Assembly: GCA_963783575.1 (NCBI GenBank)
Contig: CAWAOD010000009.1
Span: forward strand, 640,001 to 704,000
Source of the DNA: an uncultured Spirochaetota bacterium
Lineage (GTDB): Bacteria; Spirochaetota; Brevinematia; Brevinematales; JAOACQ01
DNA length: 64,000 nt
Direction of reading: 5' to 3'
Below are positions 1-10,305 of the stretch, piece by piece. A model generated the notes under the pieces. The model did no database searches and was not told the origin of the DNA. It saw only the letters and a program-made list of their open reading frames with translations. Both the position numbers and the translations under genes were made by a program. Numbering within the stretch: position 1 is the stretch's first letter; the number at the start of each line of letters is the position of its first letter.

Positions 1-1254
1 CTATTTCCGATTTTGTAGAAAGATATTTCAATCTCTGGAAAGAAACAGGGACGAATTTCACCGATATGAATACAAAATATTCAATACCAGTTAAAAAGAA
101 AAAGGAAATTGAAACAATAAATTTTATCGATCAATTTAGTGAAAAGCTTAATTTACTGAATGGACTTGGAACCAGTGATGAAGAAGACCGGAAAGGTTTA
201 TTGGATAAAGTCAGAAATTTTGGAAAGAAAACCCTGGATTTCAGCGAAGATCATTTGAATTTGCTTTTTTCCAAAGGTTATATTTCTTCAACAGAGGATT
301 TTATCAGGGAAGCCAAAAATTTCGATAAGGATATCAAGGTCCGGGACATTTACCAGGCTATCAGGAACGTCTGGATTGCCAACAGTATCCAGATTTTTGC
401 TGGTAAAAAGATAGAGCTTACTCCACCGATTTTTGCATACAGCATGCTTTATCCCTATACAGATAATTATTCTCGACAATCCGTATGTCCCAATGAAAGA
501 TAAGAATATTTTTAATATGAGACTCCGAAATATTCTGAATGGAATTAAAACAGAGCCTTTAAATTTATATGAAAATAAAGTGTTTGATCTAATTTATAAA
601 ATTGAAGCATGCTTCGACAGAATAAAATATCCCGGTGTATATGAAGGTCTTCTGGCTATTCATGACGCCCAGGAGAAAAGCCTGCAGCTTCATCATAAAA
701 CCGGTATTCCATCTGATCCCGAAGAAATACTGAAAATAAGCATTGAAAAGGGTGGAACTTCGGTACTTGCGGACGGTTACCTGGTTCTTGGAGAAATGGA
801 TTATTCAAAGGCTGATTTTGCTTTCGGATACGGCGTTTTACTTCAATTTGCCGATGACCTTCAGGATATGACCGAAGATTTGGAAAATCAACATCAAACC
901 ATATTTACAAATATACACAAGGATAAAAGACCGGATGAACTTGTAAATAAGCTAAACCGGTTTATTACAAAAGTTCTGGCAAATGTCTGTACAAAATCTC
1001 CTTCGTCTTTCAATATCCTGAACCTTATAGAATCATGCTGCGGGTTTTTGATAATGGATGCTGTTTCAAGAAATAGGGTTTTTTTTTCAGATAAATTTGT
1101 TAATAGGATGGAAAAATATTCTCTCACTCGTTTCAAATTCAGGGAAAAAGTCATTGATTTATATTCAAGGAAATTTTCAGAAATAGATTTTGATAAAATA
1201 ATCGGCAGCATGATGGCCTGCCCTGAGCTAACAGACTGTGTGAAAACTCAGTAA
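1..1254 (+). pseudogene. Isoprenoid/terpenoid synthase-fold hypothetical protein; 5' end off-window, frameshift at ~471, 3' end replaced by IS1182
   Basis: The frame of ORF 66..503 is open from position 3. Removing one T at ~471 joins YPYTDNY to LDNPYVPMKDK of ORF 433..1254. Asp-rich motifs TDNYLD and QFADDLQD, plus EKGGTS. Confidence 0.6.
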
Positions 1255-2922
1255 AATTTTATAGTAAAATCGATTAATTATACAAAAACTCCATTTTTTG
1301 ATATATTTTTCAAGCTAAAAAAATCTTAGTTTAAAAAATCTATCCGAAAACGATAAACGATGGTTTATTAGCATCAAACCAGAGTCATAAGTCTCTTTAT
1401 TCCCAATATATTCAATACTTTTATTAAATTATGAATGAATCCTGCCAAACTGGATTCCGTCAGAACGCCATCCTTTCCCTTCATTAAAAAATAACTGTAA
1501 CCCATATTCCTTTTTATCGATCCAAATGGATGTTCACATATCTCTTTCCTTTTCTCTATGATCTTTTTCCCGGCTTCAGAACGAATTTTCCTCTTGAAGT
1601 TCTCAATTTCTTCTTTTCTAACTGGTACTTTGATACTTCGTCCTTCCACGCTTTCAGTACACTTATTTCTTACTTCACATTGGCTGCATAAGCCGCACTT
1701 GTACCTGACTATCTCTTTTCCTCCATTGACCTTCTCTACTTTTTTCCCATTTCTCACTAATGGGTTTCCCTCCGGACAATAATAAACATTTTGTCCCGGA
1801 TCATATTTGAATTTATCAACCTGGTATTCTTCAGCAGGTACTCCTTTATTATCTTCTTTGCCTCGAATCCTTGCCTTATGTCCGTCATCCGGATTCGGCA
1901 TATATACGTTATGTCCCTTATCTATACATTCCAGTATCTGCGGTTCGCTGTAATAACCGGCATCCGATACTTTGACCGTTTCAGTCTCTACCTTAAGCTC
2001 GTCCTTTATTTCTTCTACTCGGTCACACATTCCTGCCATCTGTTTGATATCATTGTTTTCATTCGTCACATCAATCACCACAATCAGTTTATTCGCATCA
2101 TCTACTGCCATCTGCAGATTATATGCAATGTCGGATTTCCCTTTATCATTCATAAACCGGCTTTCCGGGTCATTTGAATAATATTTCTCCATTTCAGGAT
2201 TTCCCTCAAAAATCTTTTTAATAGCCTCAACTTTATCCTTTTTTGTTTTCATTTTCTTTAAACGTTCCGCTATCTTTCCGGAAAGAAATTCAAATTCATT
2301 CTTTTCTTCCTTATCGTTCTTATCCATCTCATTCAAATATTCTTCGATCTTTTGATCTATTCTATGTATGATTTCTTCTATGTTTTTCCTATGATAAACA
2401 TTGTTATTGTGGTTTTGCGCACTGATCTTGGTTCCATCTATTCCAACAACGTCAAATGATAAAAGCCCGGCTTTATGACATATCTTCAAAAATTCTCTGA
2501 ATATCGACTGTATTCCCTTCTTATTATCTTTCCTGAAGTCGGCAATCGTCTTGAAATCCGGCGCTAGTCGTCCAGTCAGCCACATCAACTCTGTGTTTCT
2601 TCGGCACTCTCTCTCTAATTTCCTGCTTGTCCTGATTTTATTCAAATATCCGTAAATATAGATTTTTAAAAGTATTTCGGATTTATATGAACTTCTGCCG
2701 GTTGATGCTTCTTTTACTTTAAAACCAACTCCTTTCATATTTAGCTTATCAACAAAAATATCTATAAACCTTACCGGATCTTCTTCTCCTAACAGATCTT
2801 CCAGTGTTTCATTGAACAGAACTATCTGATCCCTTGATTCTCCCTCAATATGCTTCATCTTTTACTCCGATTATTTTTGTTCTAATAATTATAGCATATT
2901 TACTGTGTTTTCACACAGTCTG
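1232..2922 (-). mobile_element. IS1182-family insertion sequence
   Basis: Terminal inverted repeats CAGACTGTGTGAAAACTCAGTAAA (from 1232) and TTTACTGTGTTTTCACACAGTCTG (ending 2922) flank a transposase. No unambiguous target duplication. Confidence 0.85.
1374..2858 (-). CDS. IS1182-family DDE transposase
   Basis: 494 aa; SRKLERECRRN..WL..PDFKTIADFR, IDGTKI, DAGYYS, YYCPEG, EHPFGSIK. Confidence 0.92.
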   Translation of the reverse strand: MKHIEGESRDQIVLFNETLEDLLGEEDPVRFIDIFVDKLNMKGVGFKVKEASTGRSSYKSEILLKIYIYGYLNKIRTSRKLERECRRNTELMWLTGRLAPDFKTIADFRKDNKKGIQSIFREFLKICHKAGLLSFDVVGIDGTKISAQNHNNNVYHRKNIEEIIHRIDQKIEEYLNEMDKNDKEEKNEFEFLSGKIAERLKKMKTKKDKVEAIKKIFEGNPEMEKYYSNDPESRFMNDKGKSDIAYNLQMAVDDANKLIVVIDVTNENNDIKQMAGMCDRVEEIKDELKVETETVKVSDAGYYSEPQILECIDKGHNVYMPNPDDGHKARIRGKEDNKGVPAEEYQVDKFKYDPGQNVYYCPEGNPLVRNGKKVEKVNGGKEIVRYKCGLCSQCEVRNKCTESVEGRSIKVPVRKEEIENFKRKIRSEAGKKIIEKRKEICEHPFGSIKRNMGYSYFLMKGKDGVLTESSLAGFIHNLIKVLNILGIKRLMTLV

Positions 2923-2970
2923 TAGACGAAGGGTTGCATCCAAATGTTTAAATAAATCTTATTTTATATC

Positions 2971-2992
2971 CCGGTCAAGCGGAACGCTTGTT
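2971..2992. repeat. Short palindromic repeat, copy 1
   Basis: CCGGTCAAGCGGAACGCTTGTT, abutting the stop codon of the regulator gene. Confidence 0.75.
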
Positions 2993-4484
2993 AATCCTGC
3001 ATAAGCATACTGAGGATTGAAAAGAAAAGCCTGTCCTTTCCCAGGTATTTAACCTGAAATTCCTTTATAATATCAACAATCTCATCCCTGGACGCCGCCC
3101 CCATTTTGTCATAAATATTCGACATATGGGATTTCAGGGTATTTTCAGAGAATTTTAATTTTTTCGCGATCTCTTTATACTTATATCCCTGAGCAAGAAG
3201 GTTCATTATCTCCTTTTCCCTCGATGTAAAAGAGTATTGTTTAAAAAATGAATCGTCAGGAAGTATTGTAGATAAAAAGAATGGTTTTATATCGATGGCC
3301 AAAGCTCTTAAGCCGCAGACCAGCCCGTTTTTAAAAATAGGTGTTGCACTCAATAGTGTATTAATATAGTTTCCGCCCTTTTTTTTGATCCTGTATTGTC
3401 TGAGTATTAGGCTTTTTCCGTTTAAGACTGCCAGATAATCATTTTTTATCCTTTCACGATCGGCGGGATGGAAAATATCCGGATTCACTTCTTCTTTATC
3501 GTAACCGTAAGTATTTAAAAAATTCTTATTAATATAATGGACTTTCATCTTATTATCTGTTTCGACAATTGAAGCCGGAAGAAAATCCGCCATCTCCCGG
3601 AATACTTCCCCATCATGCCTTAAAGCGGTTTCCATCTGCTTTAATTCTGTAATATCAACAGCGGTTATTGCAAGCAGCCTGGATTTTCCATCTCGTATTA
3701 GCGTTCCATTTAATAACATCGGAATTTCCAACCCGGAAATATTTCTGTGCAAGATTTCCTTACTGCAGAATTCATTTTCTATTCTTAAAAGTTCAGCCAA
3801 TTTTCCCTTTTCATCATCAGAAAAATAATTTTGCAGATTATTCCCTGTCAAATCCTCCGGTTTGTATCCGAGTATTTTTGAATATGCGCTGTTAATGTAT
3901 ATAATATAAGCCATTGAATCGAGAAAAACAACACCATAATTGGCATTATCCATTACACGCTTAAAAATCTTTATTTCATTTTCCGCTTTTTTCCGCCTTT
4001 CCACCTCATCCAATAGTTCACCTGTCCTTTCTATAACTTTTATTTCAAGATTTTTATTTAAATCTTCCAGTTGAGCCTGTTTGATCCTCAGAGCGTTATC
4101 TGCCTTATGTCTGTAAAGAGCGAATTCAATTATAATTGACAATTCCCTGTTTTTATATGGTTTCATAATATATCCATACGGCTCGGATATTTTAGCCCGA
4201 TGTACCGTTGTCTCATCGGAATATGCCGTAATGTAGACGACAGGAATATCGAATTTCCGCCGGATTTCTTCTGCTACGCCAATGCCATCCCCGTCCATCT
4301 TTAAAACTATATCCATTAAAACCAGATCTGGTTTATTAATTTCTATTATACCCATAGCTTCATCCCTGGAATCAACCAGACCAATAATATCGTAGCCCAT
4401 GTTTTCAAGATTCATCTGTAGGCCCATTCCGATTATTATTTCATCTTCCACGATAAGTATTCTGGTTTTCTTAACCTGATCCAT
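2991..4484 (-). CDS. Response regulator with receiver, two PAS and LuxR-type HTH domains
   Basis: ILIVEDE..PDLVLMDI..YIMKP receiver; PAS segments; FTSREKEIMNLLAQGYKYKEIAKKL..SENTLKSH. Start placed at ATG 4484. Confidence 0.88.
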   Translation of the reverse strand: MDQVKKTRILIVEDEIIIGMGLQMNLENMGYDIIGLVDSRDEAMGIIEINKPDLVLMDIVLKMDGDGIGVAEEIRRKFDIPVVYITAYSDETTVHRAKISEPYGYIMKPYKNRELSIIIEFALYRHKADNALRIKQAQLEDLNKNLEIKVIERTGELLDEVERRKKAENEIKIFKRVMDNANYGVVFLDSMAYIIYINSAYSKILGYKPEDLTGNNLQNYFSDDEKGKLAELLRIENEFCSKEILHRNISGLEIPMLLNGTLIRDGKSRLLAITAVDITELKQMETALRHDGEVFREMADFLPASIVETDNKMKVHYINKNFLNTYGYDKEEVNPDIFHPADRERIKNDYLAVLNGKSLILRQYRIKKKGGNYINTLLSATPIFKNGLVCGLRALAIDIKPFFLSTILPDDSFFKQYSFTSREKEIMNLLAQGYKYKEIAKKLKFSENTLKSHMSNIYDKMGAASRDEIVDIIKEFQVKYLGKDRLFFSILSMLMQD

Positions 4485-4529
4485 AAGGATTTCCTTAATT
4501 TCTGGCAAACGGCGGCTAATCTTTTATTG

Positions 4530-5891
4530 TTAAAATATTTCCGGATCATATTCAATATTTAGTTCCTTGATTTTTTTATGAAGATAAGTCCTTTCAATAG
4601 CCAGCGATTCGGCTGTTTTTGTAATATTATTGTTGTATTTAATAAGCCGGTTAATTATCAGATTCTTTTCAAAATCCTTTTTTGCATTTTTTAGATTTTT
4701 ATTCTCATACTTCGAATCTATATTGGCTTCTTCCGGATAGCATTGTTTTAATACATCCTCCGAATCGATAACGGATTTATTGGTTAAAATAGTAAGCCTT
4801 TCTACAAAATTACGAAGCTCACGAACGTTACCCGCCCATTTCCTGCTCATAAGAACATGTATGGCATTTTTAGTTATTGATATTGATTTGCCGCTTTTCT
4901 CAGAAATTTCACCGATAAAAAAATTAACCAATAGTTCAACGTCATCTCTTCTTTCCCTGAGCGGTGGAATCTGGATCGGAATAACATTCAGCCTGTAAAA
5001 TAGATCCTGCCTGAAGTTTCCGGCTTTAATTTCACCGGCAAGATCCTTATTTGTCGCGGCAAGTATTCGTACATCAATCTTAATTATCTCACTTCCGCCA
5101 ACCCTTTCAATCTCTCTTTCCTGGATCACCCTTAAAACCTTGGCCTGTGCGGACTGGCTTAAATCCGCAACCTCATCCAGAAAGATCGTTCCCCTGTGAG
5201 CCAGTTCAAATTTACCTTTTTTTTGTTTGACAGCCCCGGTAAAAGCCCCCTTCTCAAATCCAAAAAGTTCTGATTCTATAAGGTTTTCAGGTATAGCAGC
5301 GCAGTTTACTCCAATAAACGGGTAGTGTTTTCTTCCACTGTAATTGTGAATCATCCTGGCAATCAATTCTTTCCCTGTTCCATTTTCACCTGTAATTAAA
5401 ACCGATGCCTCGCTCTGTGAAATCTGGGGAAGGCTGTCAAGTATAACCCTAATAATCCGGCTTTCACCGATAAAGCTGGCCGGTTTTTCAAGCCTGGATC
5501 TTAAATTCAGGTTTTCCATCTGAAGTTCTTTAAGCTTCACCGCATTTCGCACCGAACTCAAAATTCTTTCTATCGACAAAGGTTTTTCAATAAAATCAAA
5601 GGCACCCCTCTTCATAGCTTCAACCGCCATTTTGATATCCCCATGTCCCGAGATGATTACAACAGGTATCAGTGGAAATTCATTATGAATATAATTGAGC
5701 ACTTCCATACCACCTTTTTTCGGCAGCATTACGTCAAGAATTACGGTGTCAATATCTTCCAGCATTACTTTTTTTTGGGCATCTTCGCCATCAGGTGAAG
5801 TAATAACCGAATAATTCTCATCATGAAGAATATCTGTTATCGTTTCCCGAATGCTTTCCTCATCGTCCACCACCAAAATGGTGCTTTTCAT
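4530..5891 (-). CDS. Sigma-54-dependent response regulator (NtrX/NtrC-like)
   Basis: Receiver domain, GENGTGKE, ESELFGFEKGAFTGA, FLDEV, RFRQDLFYRLNV-like segment, GNVREL, Fis-type HTH. Confidence 0.93.
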   Translation of the reverse strand: MKSTILVVDDEESIRETITDILHDENYSVITSPDGEDAQKKVMLEDIDTVILDVMLPKKGGMEVLNYIHNEFPLIPVVIISGHGDIKMAVEAMKRGAFDFIEKPLSIERILSSVRNAVKLKELQMENLNLRSRLEKPASFIGESRIIRVILDSLPQISQSEASVLITGENGTGKELIARMIHNYSGRKHYPFIGVNCAAIPENLIESELFGFEKGAFTGAVKQKKGKFELAHRGTIFLDEVADLSQSAQAKVLRVIQEREIERVGGSEIIKIDVRILAATNKDLAGEIKAGNFRQDLFYRLNVIPIQIPPLRERRDDVELLVNFFIGEISEKSGKSISITKNAIHVLMSRKWAGNVRELRNFVERLTILTNKSVIDSEDVLKQCYPEEANIDSKYENKNLKNAKKDFEKNLIINRLIKYNNNITKTAESLAIERTYLHKKIKELNIEYDPEIF

Positions 5892-5908
5892 TAAAAACTC
5901 CTTTATGT

Positions 5909-7558
5909 TTAACCCGGTAGCTGTATATAAAAAACTGTTCCCTTTTCTCCTGTTTCAAACCATAAGTTTCCATTATGTTCAAGGACAATCCTTTCGGCAA
6001 TAGCCAGCCCGATTCCACTGCCGTTTTGTTTGGTCGTTAAATAAGGCTCAAACATTTTTTCCTGAATATCTTTCGGTATCCCTTTACCTTTATCTGCAAT
6101 CGATATGATGAAATTATTTTCCAAAGGGCGAGCTGCAACAGTGACCACTTTCTCCATATTATCACTTGCTTCTATAGCATTATTGACGAGGTTAATAATA
6201 ACCTGGCGTATCTGATTTTCATCGATAGTTAGAAAAGACTCCTCCGGTTCCATTTTTCTAATAATCTTAAAATCAGGATAAGCCCCCTGAAAGAAATCCA
6301 TTGTATCATTTAAAATAGAAATGATATCCTTTTTTTCCATCTTTGGATTCGGAAGCCTGGCAAATTGTGAATATTCATTAACAAGATTTTCAAGCCTTTT
6401 GGTTTCATTTATAATTGTTGAAGTTGTTTTATTAAGAATTTCCTTGAATTCGCCAGGCTTTGTATCATAAGCATAGAGAAGCCTTTCGGCGGATAATTTT
6501 ATCGGGGTCAAAGGGTTCTTTACTTCATGCGCAAGTTTCCTGGCCATTTCCTGCCAGGCTTCGAGCCTTTCCATTCTTTTAATTTGCTTATAAGCGGTTT
6601 TCAGCTTGGTCGCCATAGAATTAAAATGATATGCCAGATCGCCGATCTCATCATGGGTATGAACCTGAACTTTATAATCCAGGTTGCCCCCCGCGATGAT
6701 CTTAGTCCCATTAGCTATTGCCTCAATAGGAACTGTAATATTCTTCGCAACATATAAACTCACAAAAAAAACGCCGATCAGGATCGGCACTGTAAGCATA
6801 GATATTGACAATACGGAAACAGGCAGAATATACTGCTTTAAAAACCTTAGCTGGTATAATGTATCTGAAATATTTTTAAGGTTGATAAAAGCCTCGGTTA
6901 ACTCCCTGGGCATAAGTTCGGCATAATATTCTCCGCCTTTCTTTACTATTATAATCTTCGGAATTTCACCAAGATAAAAGTATTTTTCTTTTAAATCCGA
7001 GAAATAATTTATTATATTTTCCCCGGATTCCTGTATATTTTTCCGGATATCATCAATATCACTTTTTTTAAAAATTATTGTGTTTTTATGAATTATAAAA
7101 ACTACCGGAAATTTACCGGATTCATTATTAAGGAGGTAGTTCATATTCAGTTCGTATTCTTTCTTATTCATATTTATCATATTCTGGTAGCTGTTCAGAA
7201 GGTTATCCGCGACCTTTCGTTCCCTGTCAATAAATATATTTTCGATCAGTAATATCAATGTAAACATCATTGTTCCGAAAACTAGAATAAAACCCAGTGT
7301 GGTCAATAAAAAATATGCTGTTATCCTGCCCCTTAATTTATATCCCCTTATGCCTTTTTTTTGAAAAAAGAAAAGCTTAATAAAATTGAATAAAAGCCAT
7401 AAGCCAAGAAAAGTCACAATAAAAAAAATCGCTGGAACCGCTGTTTTCAAAGTTGTATTGGCTTGAATCGAATATAACCAATAGTAGATACCAAATGCGG
7501 CCGAAAAAGACAGGAAAAAAATAAGAAGTAAGATTAAAAACGTAAACCTTTTACTCAT
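5909..7558 (-). CDS. Membrane HAMP sensor histidine kinase (NtrY-like)
   Basis: TM helices, HAMP, AWQEMARKLAHEVKNPLTPIKLSAERL, NLVNNA, DKGKG, GSGIGL. Confidence 0.92.
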   Translation of the reverse strand: MSKRFTFLILLLIFFLSFSAAFGIYYWLYSIQANTTLKTAVPAIFFIVTFLGLWLLFNFIKLFFFQKKGIRGYKLRGRITAYFLLTTLGFILVFGTMMFTLILLIENIFIDRERKVADNLLNSYQNMINMNKKEYELNMNYLLNNESGKFPVVFIIHKNTIIFKKSDIDDIRKNIQESGENIINYFSDLKEKYFYLGEIPKIIIVKKGGEYYAELMPRELTEAFINLKNISDTLYQLRFLKQYILPVSVLSISMLTVPILIGVFFVSLYVAKNITVPIEAIANGTKIIAGGNLDYKVQVHTHDEIGDLAYHFNSMATKLKTAYKQIKRMERLEAWQEMARKLAHEVKNPLTPIKLSAERLLYAYDTKPGEFKEILNKTTSTIINETKRLENLVNEYSQFARLPNPKMEKKDIISILNDTMDFFQGAYPDFKIIRKMEPEESFLTIDENQIRQVIINLVNNAIEASDNMEKVVTVAARPLENNFIISIADKGKGIPKDIQEKMFEPYLTTKQNGSGIGLAIAERIVLEHNGNLWFETGEKGTVFYIQLPG

Positions 7559-7680
7559 TTAATTATCCATTTATATATAATAAAGCAATATTTTCAAGAC
7601 AAAACGAGGATTAAGCAATTGAATTGAACGTAAGATTATTTTTATTTTTAATAATAAAAAAAGGATAAGATACTATGAAT

Positions 7681-7950
7681 TTAATCTTCATCGAATTTTC
7701 TAATTTCCACTAAATCTCTGATAGCATTAATAGCCTCAATTTCATCTTCTCCATTAGCTATGATTCTTAATATAGTGCCTTTCCCGGCCGCAAGAAGGAG
7801 CAGGTTCATTATACTTTTACAGTTAACTTCGCTATCATCTTTAATTACTTTTATTTCACTGTTATATTGACTTGCGGTATTTGCCATCAAAGAAGAAGGT
7901 CTGGCATGAAGACCATACTCATTTTTCACTGTTACTTTAATTTCTTTCAT
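7681..7950 (-). CDS. ptsH: Phosphocarrier protein HPr
   Basis: GLHARPS and NCKSIMNLL motifs; start placed at ATG 7950. Confidence 0.93.
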   Translation of the reverse strand: MKEIKVTVKNEYGLHARPSSLMANTASQYNSEIKVIKDDSEVNCKSIMNLLLLAAGKGTILRIIANGEDEIEAINAIRDLVEIRKFDED

Positions 7951-8003
7951 CGAATTGTTAAACCTCAAAGAAATAATAATCTATTCTACATTATTTTACC
8001 AAT

Positions 8004-8984
8004 TTATACAACTTCTTTTTCCTTTTTCATGAAATTCAGGATTTTACTATCCAGTTCCTCAGCGGAATTATAGCCCAATCTTCTCATAATCTCCCTGTAT
8101 GCCGCAACTTCTATCAAAAGAGGAACATTTCTTCCCGGACTGACCGGTATTTCTTTTTTTGGAACATCAATACCCAGAATATTGTCATATTTTTCTTCCA
8201 TTCCAAGCCTATCATAACTGTAAGAACTGTCCCATTCATGCAGGTTAATTATCAAACCAAGTTTCTCAGTTTTCAGTATCCTGCCTTCTCCGTAATACTG
8301 AGAAACATTTATTATACCGATGCCGCGTATTTCGAGGAAAGGCCCGTAATTCAAAAAAGGTTCGCCTTTCAATTCAAATCCATGCGCGGTTCTAATCTTT
8401 TTGATTTTTACAATATCATCGCTGATAAATTTATGTCCCCTTTCGATAAGACCGAGTATACTTTCACTTTTCCCGATCCCGCTTTTCCCTGTTATCAATA
8501 CTCCTATATTATAAATTGAAATAAAATTTCCATGCACTGTTAGGGTCGGCGCAAATACATCCAGCAATATTGTGGAAATAAGTGCAATAAACCTTTTACT
8601 GCTGAGTTTTGTTCTAATGAATGGTATTCCGAAGCGGTTACTCTGTTGCAGAATATAATCCGGCACGGAAAAGTTATGCGTGATAATACAAACTGGTATA
8701 TTATAAGAAAAAAACCGGTCAATATTCTCTGTTTTTCCTTCCTGGACAAGCTGTTCAATGTAAGCCACTTCGCCCCTTCCGAAAATCTGTATTCTATCGC
8801 TGGCAAAGCAATCGAAAAAACCCGCTAACGGAAGACCGGGCCGGTTAATTTCCTCGCTTATAATCTGTTTATCAAGGCCTTCGAAACCTGCCAAAACTTC
8901 AAGCTCAAGGGAAAACCCCTGCTCCTCGTCAAACTTTAATAGTTCAGATACCGGAATACTTGACGGACTGGATACCTCATCCAT
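8004..8984 (-). CDS. hprK: HPr(Ser) kinase/phosphorylase
   Basis: INRPGLPLAGFF, GKSGIGKSE, DD, LEIRGIGII, IPVSPGRN. Confidence 0.96.
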   Translation of the reverse strand: MDEVSSPSSIPVSELLKFDEEQGFSLELEVLAGFEGLDKQIISEEINRPGLPLAGFFDCFASDRIQIFGRGEVAYIEQLVQEGKTENIDRFFSYNIPVCIITHNFSVPDYILQQSNRFGIPFIRTKLSSKRFIALISTILLDVFAPTLTVHGNFISIYNIGVLITGKSGIGKSESILGLIERGHKFISDDIVKIKKIRTAHGFELKGEPFLNYGPFLEIRGIGIINVSQYYGEGRILKTEKLGLIINLHEWDSSYSYDRLGMEEKYDNILGIDVPKKEIPVSPGRNVPLLIEVAAYREIMRRLGYNSAEELDSKILNFMKKEKEVV

Positions 8985-8995
8985 ATAAATACCGC

Positions 8996-9289
8996 TTATT
9001 TATGATGATTTTTTACTTTTTCTTTTTTCTTTAATATTTCTTTTTCAATTTTATCGGTAACTTTATCAAAAACTTCCTGCCAGGTCGATTCTGCCTCTTT
9101 GGCAAAATATGTATCGCGGTTAGCACTGACCTTTAATTCCGTGAGATATTTCCCTCTTTGAAGATCCAGTATTACATTGATGTTTATAATTTGTTCATAA
9201 TAAAATTTAAACTTCTGTAGCTTTTTTTCCAGATAGTCTTTCATTTCATCATTAATTTCACAATGCTTTGACGTGTAAGACACAACCAT
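8996..9289 (-). CDS. hpf: Ribosome hibernation promoting factor (HPF/RaiA)
   Basis: 97 aa; DEMKDYLEKKLQK..FDKVTDKIEKEI..KEK pattern; located upstream of hprK. Confidence 0.8.
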   Translation of the reverse strand: MVVSYTSKHCEINDEMKDYLEKKLQKFKFYYEQIININVILDLQRGKYLTELKVSANRDTYFAKEAESTWQEVFDKVTDKIEKEILKKKEKVKNHHK

Positions 9290-9326
9290 ATATATCCTCC
9301 GATTTTATTCATTAAAAGATTCTGCG

Positions 9327-10127
9327 TTATTTCAGGAAGCCGTCTTTTATTTTTGCCAGTTTGCCCCTGAGAATCATTATGGCTTTGGTGTGAAGCTGAG
9401 AAACCCTTGATTCGGTAACATTTAGAATGGATCCGATTTCTTTTAAGGTAAGGCCTTCATAATAGTATAAGATAAGAACCTGTTTTTCCCTTTCAGGTAA
9501 ATCCATAAGCGTACGGGCGATCATTTTTTTTATTTCTTCTTTTTCGGCTGCGACATCGGGATTATAAGTATCTGAACTTTCCAGGGTATCTTCGATTGAC
9601 ATAGGGGCATTATCGCTTCCGTCATTCATAAACCAATTCTCATCCATTGATACAAGAGAATTACCGCTCACTCTTAACAACAGGTTATGAAATTCCTGAA
9701 CGCTGATCCCCAATTCCTCTGAGATCTCTTCATCGGTAGCCGATCTTCCTAATTTTGCCTCAAGGTCGGCAATCGCCCTCTCAATTTCCTTTGCCTTCTG
9801 CCTTACCGAACGAGGGAGCCAATCAATAGCACGAAGCTGATCAAATATCGATCCTCGGATTCTTGTAACGGCATAGGTTTTAAATTTAATTTCCCTCTTT
9901 GGGTCAAATTTATCAATTGCATCAATTAAACCGAGAATCCCATAACTGACAAGATCAAAAAATTCCACGGAACTGGGTACATTCATCGCAACTCGCCCGG
10001 CTACGTATTTTACAAGAGGAGCGTATTTTTCTATAAAATAATTTCGTAACTTCTGGTCGTGGTTTTTGACGTAATCATCCCAGAGTTCTTCTTCTGAGCG
10101 CTGGTCAAATTCCTCATAACCTCTCAT
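9327..10127 (-). CDS. fliA: RNA polymerase sigma factor FliA/WhiG (sigma-28)
   Basis: DLVSYGILGLIDAIDKFD..FKTYAVTRIRGSIFDQLR..DWLPRSVR; LTLKEIG..VTESRVSQLH. Confidence 0.95.
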   Translation of the reverse strand: MRGYEEFDQRSEEELWDDYVKNHDQKLRNYFIEKYAPLVKYVAGRVAMNVPSSVEFFDLVSYGILGLIDAIDKFDPKREIKFKTYAVTRIRGSIFDQLRAIDWLPRSVRQKAKEIERAIADLEAKLGRSATDEEISEELGISVQEFHNLLLRVSGNSLVSMDENWFMNDGSDNAPMSIEDTLESSDTYNPDVAAEKEEIKKMIARTLMDLPEREKQVLILYYYEGLTLKEIGSILNVTESRVSQLHTKAIMILRGKLAKIKDGFLK

Positions 10128-10305
10128 ATAATACTCCCAAGGTTTATCATTAAATGTAAGAACAATGTTTTATACTGCAATCCTAAATTCAAACAGTATA
10201 TTAAAATATTATAAAATTATAAAGCAATATATTTTTTTTTACAATATATGTAAATATTTATATTTGCCGCCCTAACATAATCCATAATTAAATACATCAG
10301 TTGCT

